In this document: positions 40,184 through 53,778 of the stretch, piece after piece
How positions within the stretch are numbered: the stretch's first letter is position 1
How the letters are laid out: every line of letters starts with the position of its first letter
Assembly: GCA_951406725.2 (NCBI GenBank)
Contig: OX597825.1
Coordinates: 68,262,001 to 68,326,000 of the forward strand
Direction: 5' to 3'
Length of the DNA: 64,000 nt
Source: Octopus vulgaris
Lineage: Eukaryota
Program-made: the position numbers and the translations under genes
The notes under the pieces: model-generated
The model's input: only the letters and a program-made list of their open reading frames with translations
Databases searched by the model: none
Told to the model about the DNA's origin: nothing

Positions 40184-41038
40184 TCATGCTCAATGTATTG
40201 TTGATTATGTATCCCTAGTGTATTGGGATGAAACATGATCTCTGTGGAAGGTATATATGTGGCATTTTTGTGTTATTCCTGCAGGTTTTGATGCCTAATT
40301 TCAGAAAATAGTTTGATAAGAATACTTGCTTTTGATGTTTATTTTAGTGTTATTCTATGGCTATGTGGTATGCAGCCTTGGAGTTATTGATATAACTAAT
40401 TGCTTTATAGGAAATTGCTGTTTGTTTTGTTTTAGAGTTAATGGGAATGCTTGCCAATTTTTTTTTACTGTTTATGTCTCTTTTCTTGAGATTGTTTTGT
40501 CTTTGTTTAGCTCTAAGTGTGCTATTTTGAAATTAACTCCTGGCTTTTATTGCTTTGTCTGTTTCAGTTGTTACTAATGCTTTTTTTTGGAATGCTTCAA
40601 GTGTATATATCTTAAACTTTTCTAATGTGTTTGTTTGAACTTCCGAAGGTATCCTAAATCTCTATTGTAATCCTGTTTATTCTTTAACTGGGACTTAAAG
40701 TTGCTGTTTTGTGTGTGTAACCTTTCATTTGCCGTCAGTGCAATATAAATTTTTATTGATGATGGTTTGTTGGGGATTTTTTTAGTGGAATTCTCTTAAT
40801 GCCATAACTGTGTGCAGTATTTGTAGGTTGTTTACTGAGTGTCACAATTTCAATATGTTTTGTCAAAGTAATAGCATGATTTTACAGCAATGGATGTTGT
40901 CCAAATCATTATTACTATTGTTGTTTAGCCACACTTTGCTTTTCATGGAATAAACTTATCAATGGAGTTCAACCTAAAGCAACCACATCTTAATTTCAGG
41001 CTTAGAGTATCTAGGACTTCATAATCTAATGTCTTTGC

Positions 41039-41435
41039 AGATCTTTTCGATTTGAACGGCAGTTATTTCTAGTGGTGTCATATGAAATTGACACATAATT
41101 ATGACCCTAGAATCTATCTATTGCATTTCAATCTGTTTTAGGGTTAGTTAGGTGTGGGGGAAGGGTATCTTTTTTTTCTTCACAAATGTAAATAAACCCA
41201 ATCTGTTTTTTAAATGAGGGGCGTATTCATATGGCACAGAATGCTTTTTAATTCAATAGACATCACTGATTGGTTGAAATTGCAGAAATTGAAGAAAAAA
41301 AACAACAAATATCTTACAAACTATAGAATTTTCTCAAAGCCAAGAGAAAAAGATGTTTTATAAACACATTCTACCAGTATACGAAGTTTAAAATTTTTTA
41401 GTTACCTAGAAATTATGTTCAAACCGAAAAGATCT
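41039..41435. mobile_element. Merlin-like MITE, second copy
   Basis: Homologous to 3756-4167; 8-bp TSD gtctttgc/gtccttgc. Confidence 0.85.
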
Positions 41436-42190
41436 GTCCTTGCTTTTAGAAGGTAGAGTGTGACTTTGGGGAGAATTTACTATCATTTCTACCAGGTTTA
41501 CTAACCACATAGAAGCTGTGCTTGGATACCGATATTGTCAACATTTCTAGCTCTAGCCCAATTGTTACCGATTGTAATTTTATTTTCTGTATGGTAAATG
41601 ATTGTTTTTGACTGTTAAAATATTTCTCAGTATTAAAATAGCATAAATTAGACGAGTCTACTGTACAGAATATACTTGGATTTCTTCTTTGTTAGCCTGT
41701 CTGTAATTCTGAATCTCTCACCATTTCTAAGGTTTCCATCACTGTCTGGCTTTGAAAACCAACAATAACCATGAAGAAGCCATTTTTTGTTCTGTTCTTC
41801 TCACCCAATGTTTATTATCTCACTGATGCAGTATTTATAATTTGTTTAAATAACATGTTCTGGAATTTGTTTGTATTTGGAATTTTTAAGAGTAATTAAC
41901 AGCAGAATTTGCCTTTTCAAATGGTAGAGTTTAATAAATATCACATCTTATCAGAAATCTTACAAATGTGTTTCCATAGTGATATGCCAAACATACTTTT
42001 TTCTTTTTTGCTTTGTTTTTTAATTCTATCTGTAAAGATATCTTGTCAGCTTGATTTTTTTTTTTTTAATTTTTTTTTTTAAATTTTTACCTGACCTTTT
42101 ATAACTTCACCCTTTCAAGCATAAATTAAAATCTGAAGCAAATTAAAATAATCTTGGTGCAATGTTTGAAAATTTTTAATTAATACTTTT

Positions 42191-43381
42191 TATGAAGGTC
42201 AGCTGAAAAGTTCATAGGACGACATAACCAAATGAGGTTTATTTTTCAACATAGTCCCCCTTGTAGTCCACACACTTCTTTCATTAGTGTTGCAGTGCTT
42301 AGATCTCACTGAAGATACTTTTATCCTGTTGGTGAAAAAACTTAACAGCAGAAATAACATCATCATCACTGTGATAGTAGTTCCCAACCAAGTGTTTTTT
42401 TCAAGTTGGGGAACATGATAGTCAGATGAGGCCAAATCAGGAAAATAGGGAGGATGATCAGCCAGTTCAAAGTCACATACAGCAGCCTTTGAAACCAAGG
42501 ATTTGTTTGTTGGAGCTTTGTCCTGATGAAACAAAACCCCTTTCATCAGTTTTCCTGGGTGCTTGGTCTTGGTAGCCTTTTGCAACTTCCTCAGCAAATT
42601 GACATAGTACTTTCTATTGATGGTGTGGTCCTTTTGTATCCCCAAAAAGCTATGGCGTTCACCACCCCTGCAGATGAAACAACATTGACTTTGTTTAGAG
42701 CAGATGAGGTAGGGTGTTTCCACTGCATGGATTGTCTGTCTTTGGCTCAAAGTAATCCTGGCTTAGGGAATGTTTGAGGACAGTAGCTAAGTCTACCTCG
42801 GTGTTAGATTTTCCTGTGATGTGATCAGCCTGGTGAACTTTTGATTAGATGTCAGATGTAGCACCCACTGAGTAGAAGTCTTCACCATGCCGAGTTTATT
42901 ATGCAGAATATTATCAACTCTCTCACAAGATATGCTAATAGCATTGGCTATTTGATTTATAGTCAGTCACCTGTCAGCCATCACCATGTGGTGTACATGA
43001 TCGGTTTTCCTCGGTGGTGGCAGTTGCAGGACATCCAGATGTAGGGTCATTTTCAAGAATCTCCCTTTCCCTCCTTTGCACTATTGATAATGCTAGAGCG
43101 TCATCCCTAATGTAGCAGCAATGTCAGCATGAATGTTCTTAGGGGTTAAACCCTTTTACTGTAAGTACTTGATAACACCATGATGCCAAATATTGTCAAT
43201 TTATCAAGAGACGTCACTACTAGTTACTTTTGAAGACTTCTTTGAACAGTCAAACGTCAATTTACCTAGAAAGAGAATGCTGTTATTAATAAGAAGAGTT
43301 GAAATTAATGCATGCAAGATTTCACAGCTCTAGCATCACTCCTTCATAATCAGCCTGTGAACCTTTCAGCACACCCTCGTA
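42191..43381 (-). mobile_element. Near full-length decayed mariner transposon
   Basis: TA-flanked TIRs (tatgaaggtcagctgaaaagttca / tgaacctttcagcacaccctcgta); transposase motifs YYVNLL, VLFHQDKAP and HPPYFPDLASSDYH; frameshifts. Confidence 0.9.
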
Positions 43382-43964
43382 TGCTTTCATCAAACAAGTA
43401 ATATATTACAGTTTTTAAGTGGCAAGTCTTTCAACAAGTATCAAAGCATTTTGTATGAGCTTATGAGGATCATGTTTTAGAAATTACAAAATACATTTAC
43501 TGTGGCTGTAAATGCACTTGCTTCAATGATATCATATTTCAACTGAAATGGGGACACAGTCAGTCCTTGCATTGAATGTAGACTTTCGTAAAGATTCTTC
43601 GATGTTAATTGATTGAATTCATTTAAGCACTCAACAAATGCCACTATATGTTAATATTGTGTTTTCTTGACTTTGTCATAGGTACCTTTACAATGCAAAT
43701 AGTGATTCTGTGTATCTATTATATGCTGTTGTATTCTTAACACCCTTATGTAGCAGTAATGAATTTCCCATCTTCTTGTTCAGCAGTAAATAGTACATGT
43801 ATAACAATTTCAAGTGCTGACCTTTTTTTTTTCTTCTTTTTTTAATACACACACATACATCCCTTTCAGTTATGTTTCATACATCGTGAAATACCCATAC
43901 CTGTAGTTTGATATAAGCTATTGTTAATTTTAGACTTTAGTTTCCATAAGTAAATACAGTATTG

Positions 43965-44813
43965 CACGAAGTACATTCCAGAAGTTTTAAGACTTTTTTT
44001 TTTTTGTTTTTTTTGTTTTTGGGGAGAGGCAGTTATAACTGTTCTAGATTATTATAATTTAGTATACAATTACCATACATGTAAATAGCTGACCTGCCAA
44101 CTTTTATTATTCCAGGTTGAAGGAGGTAGCTATAACAGCACTTCAGACACACTCTACTAAACACTGCTTGTCTCCTGACTAGTTTGCAAAATGCAATCAG
44201 GACGTGAAGACAATTTGGAAGTTCACTAATTAATAGAATTTTGTGTTAAATTGGGCAAAAGTGATCCAGACTGTTTGCGGATTAACTTGTATAAACCGAA
44301 TATCAGTTTTTCTCTGCGCAAGAGGCCAGGCTAAGCAGTTTCATTTGGAAGCTTATGACGCTCTTCTCTTTTGACAGCAAGGGTATCATCTACATTCACT
44401 GGATTCTCTCTGGCCAGACAGTGGACAAAGAGCACTTTGTGGAGGTTTGGTGGGGAGTTCAGAAAAGGCCAGAACACCTACACCAGTCCACAATTCCATC
44501 CTGGTAATCACCCCCACAACAAAGATGGGCATTTAAACTGCCCCTCACCCTCCCTACAGTGTCCTTGTGACTTTTGGTTGCTCCCTCAGGCAGTTGTTTT
44601 GAAGACATGAGAATATGGAGGCTGTGTCAAGGGTCCTGAACACTGTGTCAAGGGTCCTGAACACCTTCACTTTGGAAGACATTCATGGGGCCTTCACAAA
44701 GTGGCTAGAGTGCTATGACGAGTATACTGAAGTCGGAGGATCCTACTCTGGAGAAGTTTTGTACTTTGAAATTGTCTCCTGGCAGTTTCAAAACATCCGG
44801 AATGCACCTTGTA
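43965..44813 (+). mobile_element. Second, internally deleted mariner (different subfamily)
   Basis: TIR cacgaagtacattccagaagtttt / aaaacatccggaatgcaccttgta; remnants EFCVKLGKS, GQTVDKEHFVEV and PCDFWLLP. Confidence 0.75.
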
Positions 44814-46754
44814 TTCAAATGAAATTACTTCAGGTTTCAAATGAATCCCTGTAACTTCCAGCAAATCAAAACTTAGATGCCTTATTATATTTCATCAAAA
44901 TATCCACGTTTTAACACTTATTCATTCACATTGTTTTGAATTAATCATGCAGTATCCTGTAGCCTTGAGATTTCAATGATGTAATTGTTTTTTTAGAATA
45001 ATATTGTAGAATAAGTGAGAAACTGGATCTGGCCGGTTTGAATATAAAACAGAATATTTGGGCTAGTTTAAATGCTAAAGGGTTTCTTCTAAGATTATTT
45101 TGTTTTGAGATTACTTTCATTTTTGAATTTGTTTCAGTTTGCTTTTTTAAGATTAATTCTAATTTGCTTCAAGTTTATTTTTTGTTTTTAATTTGTACTT
45201 GAAAAGATATAGTTGTTTTTTTATACCATATAGTACTAGAACTTGATACACTGGGGCAACTCTAAATATGTACCATCATTGTAGGCAAAACATATGATGA
45301 ATGAAACTCATGACGTATGTATGGGCTTGTTAGCTGGACACTTCAGCCTACCAACCAGTTTGCACCTAGCTCATAACTAATTAATTGGTCTATTGATTTT
45401 ATGGGTGTCTGTTTTATTTTCAAAGGAGAGCCGTTAATATCATTTGAAACCCACAACATCTTGATTAATAAACCATTAATCAATACTCACATTGATAACA
45501 ATGCTGTCAAAGCTTCTGGTTGAAAATTTTTTTATTATCTAGTGGCTACTAATTGGGGCATTGGTCTTGAAGGATGGTAGATAGTAATACTTGAAGTAAC
45601 ACCTTTAACATGTCTTATGTTGGTGCATACACATTAAACTTTTGATGGTGATGACACAGCACACTATAGGAGGAGTCAGCTAATATCTCACTTAGCTATA
45701 GAAAACTAATTTGCAGGTAAATGTTGTGTTACGAGGACCTTATATTCTCATTTCTGTCGAACTAACTGTAACTAAGGTGTATCTTTAATCTTGTTGCTGG
45801 TTAAGAGCAGTACTGCAGATCTGTTGCTATGACTGCACTAACCTAGATCAGTAACCCCTATTCTTTTATGTAGGTTCAGTACATTGCACCTTTTCAGGAT
45901 AATAGGAGAACAGAAGTTTCAGTGCTGTTTTACTTCATCTGTTGTGTGTCCGTCCTGGCTGGCTTTTCAGAGAGGTCAACCTTGCAACTTCGTCATCTTC
46001 AGAAATGAAGATAAAACATTGAATGTTTAAGCTAATTGTTCATCGATGCTTTCCTTCAACTCCATTCTGGTTTTAAAGGCTATATTGATTTCAGAACTGA
46101 GTTTGTGTGTGTGTGTGTATGGCTACTTATGAGTTAGGTAAATAGAACTCTCTTTGTATGATGGTGTCTATTGTTAAGGTAAGGTTTTTGCTGTTAGTAT
46201 ACATCTCAAGAGACCTAACAACATTAGAAAAGAGGGCTTTTTTTGTTGTTATTGTGAGGGGAGTGGGTTCAATATTGATTAGTCAGTGCAACCAATCAGT
46301 AACACATCAAAAAGAGCTTTATCAGTTAGTACTTGTCTGATTAATCGACAGCCAAAGGTTTATTTTTAACTTGATACTAGATAATGAGACTCAGCTGTCA
46401 ATCAAATGGTAACTTTTTAAAGTAAGAAATAAATAGTAGCTAATTAAAACCAGCTGTATTTTTGTGATTATCATTTTTTATTGTGTAGGATAATAAGGTG
46501 GTGAGCTGGCAGAATCATTATAGCATCAAACAAAAATACCTTGCAGTATTTCTTTCAATACATTACATTCTGAGTTCAAATTCTGCCAAGATTGACTTTG
46601 CATTTCCTTCTTTTGGGGTTTGATAAAATAAGTACCAGTTGAACACTGAGATTGATGTAATCAACTTTATACCCCTTCCCTGAAAGTATAGAACCATTAT
46701 TCATAAAGAATTCTTTTCTTAATAGGAATGATAAATACATTTAATCCTTTTGAT

Positions 46755-46978
46755 CAGGGCTGTGGAGTAGAAACAAAAACTTGGCTCCTCTACTATTGGC
46801 ATCTCTAACTCTCACTCCTCTTTGTGTAATTAAGTGATTGTGGTCTACATATCTCATAAAGCATATGCATACACTTGTACTTTGAGGAGGCCTATATGTT
46901 ATAACTGGTTTATATTAAAGAATAAGGATATTGTGAGTGAGGCAGTATAGTTTTACCAACTCCAACTATACAGCCCTG
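46755..46978. mobile_element. hAT-like MITE
   Basis: Termini CAGGGCTGT / ACAGCCCTG with a perfect 8-bp TSD CTTTTGAT (46747-46754, 46979-46986). Confidence 0.8.
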
Positions 46979-49606
46979 CTTTTGATACAAACCTGCCTGA
47001 AACTGCTTCTGGTTCTAAAGTTATTTAAATTAAAACATTTTATCGAAATTTTGTTAATTTGTTTTAAACACCAGTTTAATAACAACATAGTTATCTGATT
47101 AAATTTTTCCTTTTCAAGAGTAAATGAAACAAAGTTAAGGTGCATCAGACAGAAATATGGTAACAAAAAAGGTTGATATTAGTTACTATTAATTAAATAG
47201 AAAGCCCATGAATTATCAGATTCATCCAAAGATGCAGCTGGATGTGAATTGGCTCCAAGCTGGAATGAAGACCAGCTTTTATGAACTAGGCTCCTAATTA
47301 GTATTTGTCATGTATTGAACTCCTAATGAATATATAACAAATGCTGTACATTTGTTTACATAATTAAAAACTGCCAACCCTATGACATGCATGAGTTCTG
47401 TTGTAAAGTTGTCCATTTTTTTCTATATATTACAATCAAAATAAACGGACACACACAATTGATTTCATCTCTATAGGATCACGGTTGATGTTGTTAACCC
47501 TTCTCATGTGTTCTGCTGTTGGTTGTGCTTCCGCTACAACAAAATAGAAATTCACAGTTTATGGCTATTTGGTCCTTGTTCCTATACCGGTGCTTATGAG
47601 ATAAGCAAATTACAAAACTTGACAGTATTAAAAGTAAACAAAGTATTGCAATTTAAATTATTACTGAATGTGGAAATGGCTTATTCATTACTTAAGATGT
47701 AGTAAATAGGACAATTAAACTGAAATTAAATTTATTGGCTAAACTGGCAATATGACCATTCCGAAATATAACAATATCTGTTTCAACACACGACTTCACA
47801 TAAAAAATCTTGCACAACAAATATTTAAACGTACTAAATTTCATGGTTATTCCAGTAATCTTAAATATTTACCAAAAAATAAAATTAGTATTTTTCTGCA
47901 AATTATGTTGCTGCAATAAACTCCACATTATCTCGACGAAAAAAAAAAAAAAATAATGATAAATTCCAAACATGCCGTTATTCAGCAAAAGATATATTAA
48001 AATGCTTTCCTCAGTTAAGAGTAATGAAATTTTGAGTGGATATCTGATTTCCGCTGTAAAAGGGTTAACAAAATGCGATATTTAAGTTCATGTTTGGGAT
48101 ATAACAAAGCATTCTTACATAAAATGGAAAGTTTTAGTTTAAAAATTAACACTTTGAAATGAGTAATTTTTATAGTGTACCTGTCAGACAAACTGATATT
48201 AGATACTTTAATTATAGTTAATGTAGCATAATGTTTTTATAATTATCCCTTTGAAGCTCTTGTTAGAATTTACAGAAAATTTTCTGCGAAAAACCACCTG
48301 CAGCTGACTCTGCATGATTTGGTTTTCAGAAAATATAAAACATTAGAATTATCTGAAAAGTCTCTTTGTAACTTTATCCTTATGAATTTGAAATTTCAAC
48401 ATGTGTTTAGTAATGAATTGGGTTTTTTCTTTTCTTCTAATGAATGTAACATTTAATTTGGTAATGGTTTCAATTTACCACCAAATTCAACATTTTTCAA
48501 ATTAAAAAAAAAAATTTTTTTAATGACATCTTGACACAAACGATCTATTCATATATAGCTGTTTCCTCATTTTTATTCCCCCGCATAATTTTTCAGTTCA
48601 AAATTGCCTATAAGCATAACATCACAATATATCTTCCACTTAATTTTTGTTTTATTGTGACTGTAACTAGCACACCAAACATTCATTTGGTCACCTGACT
48701 AAAAAGTCCTCTGAACCCAATTTTGTTTTAAACCACCAATCAGTCTTGTAAGGTCGGTGACCAAGGGTTTGTCAACTTCTTGTTTATAACCGAATTATGT
48801 AGCATTTACAATAAAAAGGTTTGTACTTTCTCATAAGCTAAAAGCTTAAAGCACCTGTGCTGGTGCCATGTATAAGGCACCCAGGCTGGCACCACTTAAA
48901 GGAACACCCATACCAGTGCCATGTAAGAGAACCCATGCCGGTGCCATGTAAAAAGCACCCAGTACTCTCTGTAAAGTGGTTGGCATTAGGAAGGGCATCC
49001 ATCTGTAGAAACCATGCCAAAAACAGATGACTGGAGCCTGGTGCAACCTTCCAGTTTGCACCAGGCTCCTGTCAAACTGTCCAACCCATGCAAGTATGGA
49101 AAATGGACATTGAAAGCTCTGTCTTACTTGACATCAGTTCATGATTCTTCAAACATAAGAACATCATTATTTAATGTCCTTTCCATGCTCACATGGGTTG
49201 GGTGAAATTTCTTGAGGCAGATTTCCTATGGCTGGATGCCCTTCCTGTCATCAACCATAGTGTTTCCAAGTAAAATGTCTCCCCACAACCAGAGACCATG
49301 TCTTGGGAGATTGGAAATGGACATACTTTGATGATGGTAACACTTGCTTAAAACTTTTACACCATGTCAAGATAAGAAGACGGTAACACATGCACGAAAC
49401 TTGCATTACAAGGCTTTAGTTAACCTGGGGCTACAGTAGAAGACACTTGCCCAAAATGCTATAAAGTGGGACTGAACATGAAACCCTGTAGTTGGGAAGC
49501 AAACTTCTTACCAGCACCTTGTCAAATATGCAGCCCACAACAGCTTATGCTATTGCTGTTTAAAGAGTAGGATAATCAGCCTGAGATGGTTATTTTTCTT
49601 TAGAGA

Positions 49607-50032
49607 ATCAAAATCGAAATCGATCAACATCAATGGAAATTTTAGCTGTGATACCAGTACCGGTGGCACGTAAGCGAACCATCCGAATGTAGCCATTTCC
49701 AGCGCCGCCTCGATGGGCCTCCGTGCCGGTGGCACGTAAAAAGCACCATCCGACCGTGGCCGTTGCCAGCCTCGCCTGGGCCCCGTGTTGGTGGCACGTA
49801 AAAGTCACCATCCGACCGTGGCCATTTGCCAGCCCCGTCTGGCAGCTATGCCGGTTGCACGTAAAAAGCACCCACTACACTCTTGGAGTGGTTGGCGTTA
49901 GGAAGGGCATCCAGCCGTAGAAACATTGCCAGATCAGACTGGGCCTGGTGCAGCCTTCTGGCTTCCCAGACCCCAGTTGAACCGTCCGACCCATGCTAGC
50001 ATGGAAAGCAGACGCTAAATGATGATGATGAT
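49607..50032 (+). mobile_element. Retroposon family C, young copy
   Basis: Four internal units (49662, 49728, 49790, 49853), CpG-rich, (GAT)n tail; older relatives at ~33236, 48840, 54160, 57510 and 63180. Confidence 0.85.
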
Positions 50033-50283
50033 ATGCAAGTTCTGCATTCCTGCCACTAAGATTTATAAACATTCACCATTCATTTGCATTAATAGGGTTA
50101 ATTTGTTTTCATTATTGTTGAAGCAGCAATCTAGTGCTGCCGTTACTATTACCTACCTCCCAGCATAATAAATTAGTATTTGTAAAATTTTGTTGTTGGA
50201 TTTTTTTTCTCTCTCTCCATGTGTTTAGATTAAATATTAATTTTTTTTTTTTTTCCTCTTCAATTTTTCAGCCCATAGTGAAA

Positions 50284-50484
50284 ATGGCACAGTTCATATA
50301 TCCCTTGCCAAATGCCCAGACTGCAGCAGCTTATCCAGCAGCGCAAACTGCATATGTTGCAGCACCCCAGGCAGCTTATGCTACTGCTGCCCCTAGAGCT
50401 GGACAATCAGCCTATGATAGTTACCAGACAGCTCATGCAGCTCCACAGTATGCTTATACAACAAGGACTCAAGTTGCTGTCACT
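50284..50484 (+). CDS. ZFR: ZFR exon A (MAQFIYPLPNAQ...RTQVAVT); exon begins at 50272
   Basis: Long polypyrimidine tract and CAG acceptor ending at 50271. ATG at 50284 has A at -3 and G at +4. Peptide is Ala/Tyr/Gln-rich. Donor gtacgt at 50485, phase 0. Start codon not certain. Confidence 0.82.
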
Positions 50485-50662
50485 GTACGTATACCACAAA
50501 GCCTCTTAAATTTATTTGATTTTGAATGTCTGTGCATTTATCAGCTACATTTGATACTTATTTTGAATTTGAGCTGTATTTTGTTTTCGTTTTTGCATTC
50601 ATTTATCTTCATTATATTCACTTTAACAGAATATATTCTAAAAGAAACAGTGAGAATAAACT

Positions 50663-50864
50663 CTCTTTTACTCTTTACTCTTTTACTTGTTTCAGTCATT
50701 TGGCTGTGGCCATGCTGGAGCACCGCCTTTAGTCGAGCAACTCGACCCCGGGACTTATTCTTTGTAAGCCTAGTACTTATTCTATCGGTCTCTTTTGCCG
50801 AAACGCTAAGTTACAGAGATGTAAACACACCAGCATCGGCTGTCAAGCGATGTTGCGGGGACAA

Positions 50865-50933
<69 letters not shown>

Positions 50934-51105
50934 AACACACATGATGGGCTTCTTTCAGTTTCCGTCTACCAAATCCACTCATAAGGCTTTGGTCGGCCCG
51001 AGGCTATAGTAGAAGACACTTGCCCAAGGTGCCACGCAGTGGGACTGAACCCAGAACCATGTGGTTGGTAAGCAAGCTACTTACCACACAGCCACTCCTA
51101 CGCCC
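50663..51105 (-). mobile_element. SINE family A (antisense in ZFR intron)
   Basis: Full length with an internal (CA)n tract. Confidence 0.92.
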
Positions 51106-51703
51106 GTGTTTCATCTTTTTATTAATGGTTTTGCTTCTGTAGATTTTTGATTTGTAACAAGGTTCTGGGGTGGTTGCTCTCTCGCAGCATCTGGTAGGAA
51201 TATCTTGAACTAAATAAATCCTAAATAACTAGTCACTTTCATTGAGATTCTAGTTGGGAAATTATCACTGAAGTGTTTTTTCACTTAACCCTGTTTGAGG
51301 AAAACAGTGATTAAAAATTGTCAGATATCCAATCTTAGAACTTGGAACAAACTCAAAAGCAGTGATTTCACAATATCCAGTTCCACATACCTGAAGAGCA
51401 GCTTGTTATTGTAAGACTAATGGCACCATGATTAGTGTGAAAGGGAAGGAAATTTATCATCTGTGTGAATCTGAAGATTGATTTAGACATTGTGTGGGAC
51501 TTGGGCAACCTGGTTATAACTGTTTGTGATTTTTGGATTTTATTGTTAGCAAAAATAGTTCTGTTAATATCAGGGGAAATCTAACTTTAAAAGGTTTTGT
51601 CTTTAAAAAAAAAGTTTTTTTTTTTCTTTGTTTTATTGAATCCTTTATTCAGATTATTCTGTTGGATTTACTTCATTTATTCTCATTGGTTTGAGTTAAT
51701 CAT

Positions 51704-52041
51704 AGGCACAGGAGTGGCTGTGTGGTAAGTAGCTTGCTTACCTACCACATGGTTCCGGGTTCAGTCCCACTGCATGGCACCTTTGGCAAGTGTCTTCTAC
51801 TATATACTCGGGCCGACCAAAGCCTTGTGAGTGGATTTGGTAGGCAGAGACTGAAAGAAGCCCATCGTATATATATGTGTGTTTGTCCCCCCAGCATTGC
51901 TTGACAACCAATGCTAGTGTGTTTGCATCCCCGTAACTTAGCGGTTCGGCAAAAGAGACTGATAGAATAAGTACTAGGCTTACAAAGAATAAGTCCTGGG
52001 GTCGGTTTGCTTGACTAAAGGCGGTGCTCCAACATGGCCAC
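51704..52041 (+). mobile_element. SINE family A (sense in ZFR intron)
   Basis: tRNA-like head ggcacaggagtggctgtgtggtaag..gggttcagtccc, followed by the family body. Confidence 0.92.
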
Positions 52042-52334
52042 AGTCAAATGACTGAAACAAGTGGGTTCAAGATTTGGATGATGTGACTTTTAGAATAATG
52101 TTCTAGAGAAGGTGTGAGAGGTTGGATCTGGTTCGTTTGAACATAAAACAGGTAGAATATTTGGGCTGGGTCTGGCTGGTTTAAATTCTAAAGAGTTATT
52201 GTTTGAGACTTAGTCATTTTAACTTTGATCATAGGCTTTCCTATTATAAGCAAACTGTTTTTTTTTTAAGGTATATTTAAGACTATATAATGTACCCTTT
52301 TCAAGATGGTAGGATGGAGGGTTAAACTTATGTC

Positions 52335-53021
52335 TTAACCCTTTCGTTACTGTATTTCTGTTGAGATGCTCTCTGTTTCTTTTGATTACTTTAGATATAA
52401 CAAAGAATTTAGTGAAATAATTTAGTTATCATTAAGCTAGTGTTAGGAACTTAAATTGTGACTAAGGTTTGATGGAAGATTTTAATTCAAAACTTATGAA
52501 AATGAGACATTTGTACAACAGTGCCAGAGACGGTTTCAGCCGGGTTGATAACGAAAGGGTTAACCCTTTAGCATTCGGATTATTGTATGAAATGTAATCT
52601 TTAATTATTCATATTGGTTTGAATTAACCCTTTAGTATTTAAACTGGCCATATCCGGCCAAAATATTTAATCTGTTTTATGTTCAGACTGACCAGATCCA
52701 GGCCCTCACACCTACCCTACAATGTCATTCTACATTAAGTAATTACACCATCAAGATCTTGAAGATATGAGAAAATGCATGATTAATTCAAATCAATGGG
52801 AATCAATAAGCATTATGTTTGATAGAATAATCTGAACACCAAAGAGTTAATTTTGCATTACCTCATAACATCAATATTTCACTGATGGAATTGGTTGTTT
52901 TTAGAATAGGTGTTAGATACCCAATCTAGCAGGCTTCAATATAAAACTATAAAGTATTCTACCTTGTTTCAACTTAAAGCCAGGTAGATTATTTGGGCTG
53001 GACTAAACGCTAAAGGGTTAA
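52335..53021. mobile_element. Stack of three TTAA-targeting piggyBac-like MITEs
   Basis: TTAA at 52335, 52560, 52624, 52847 and 53018, each adjoining CCCTTT/AAAGGG-type termini. Confidence 0.8.
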
Positions 53022-53123
53022 AAATGAAAATGAATTGTATTTTGTAAATTTTAGTGGAAGTTGTTGTAGACATTTCCGAACATGTAACAACAATGATGAT
53101 GCTGAATATTTATCTTTTTACAG

Positions 53124-53244
53124 CCTGCCGTGACTTACGATCAGACTAAAGCTTACTACCAACCTACTCAAGGTGTAGCAGCAGCAGCAGCTGCTGCTGC
53201 TGCTGTAGCCTCTTACACTGCTGCAGAAACACATTACCAAGCTG
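53124..53244 (+). CDS. ZFR: ZFR exon B (PAVTYDQTKAYYQPTQGV-A9-VASYTAAETHYQA)
   Basis: ttttacag acceptor, gtatgt donor; 121 nt, phase 0 to 1. Resembles vertebrate ZFR PAVAYDSKQYYQQP...AETYYQ. Confidence 0.9.
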
Positions 53245-53314
53245 GTATGTATTATTTTATGCCTCAACAATTTACTGTCTGAAGCTTGTATGTTTGTTAT
53301 GTATATGCATGGCA

Positions 53315-53372
53315 TGTGTGTGTGTGTGTGTGTGTATGTATATATGTATATTTTTGTGTGTATATATGTATA

Positions 53373-53403
<31 letters not shown>

Positions 53404-53703
53404 ATATATGTATATTTGTGTGTGTGTATGTATATATGTATATTTGTGTGTGTGTATGTATATATGTATATTTGTGTGTGTGTATGTATATATGTATATT
53501 TGTGTGTGTATGTATATATGCATATTTGTGTGTGTATGTATATATGCATATTTGTGTGTGTATGTATATATGTATATTTTTGTGTGTATGTATATATGCA
53601 TATTTGTGTGTGTATGTATATATGTATATTTGTGTGTGTGTGTGTGTGTATATGTATATTTGTGTGTGTGTGAATATATATATATATAGATAGATAGATA
53701 TAT

Positions 53704-53774
<71 letters not shown>

Positions 53775-53778
53775 TATA
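53315..53778. repeat. [(TG)nTATGTATATATGTATATT] tandem array and (TA)n
   Basis: Direct inspection; begins 70 nt after the exon B donor. Confidence 0.95.

Noticed and set aside
40300-40870. Penelope GIY-YIG remnant on the minus strand
   Set aside because: Only a vague YIxxT..RL..H-like pattern; not supportable without a search.
42199-42750. Functional transposase or SETMAR-like gene
   Set aside because: Frameshifted, degenerate catalytic motifs, and lies within TIRs; a dead mariner.
47494-48068. CpG-containing patch as a ZFR proximal promoter or signal-peptide exon
   Set aside because: Bounded by TTAA|CCCTT...AAGGG|TTAA, so better explained as a piggyBac-like insertion; peptides are short.
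49662-49872. CRISPR-like repeat-spacer array
   Set aside because: Eukaryotic context with no cas genes; spacers resemble each other; the array is internal to a dispersed (GAT)n-tailed retroposon.
50134-50934. 266-aa single-exon ORF
   Set aside because: Only 50272-50484 is exonic; the rest reads through intron and an antisense SINE.
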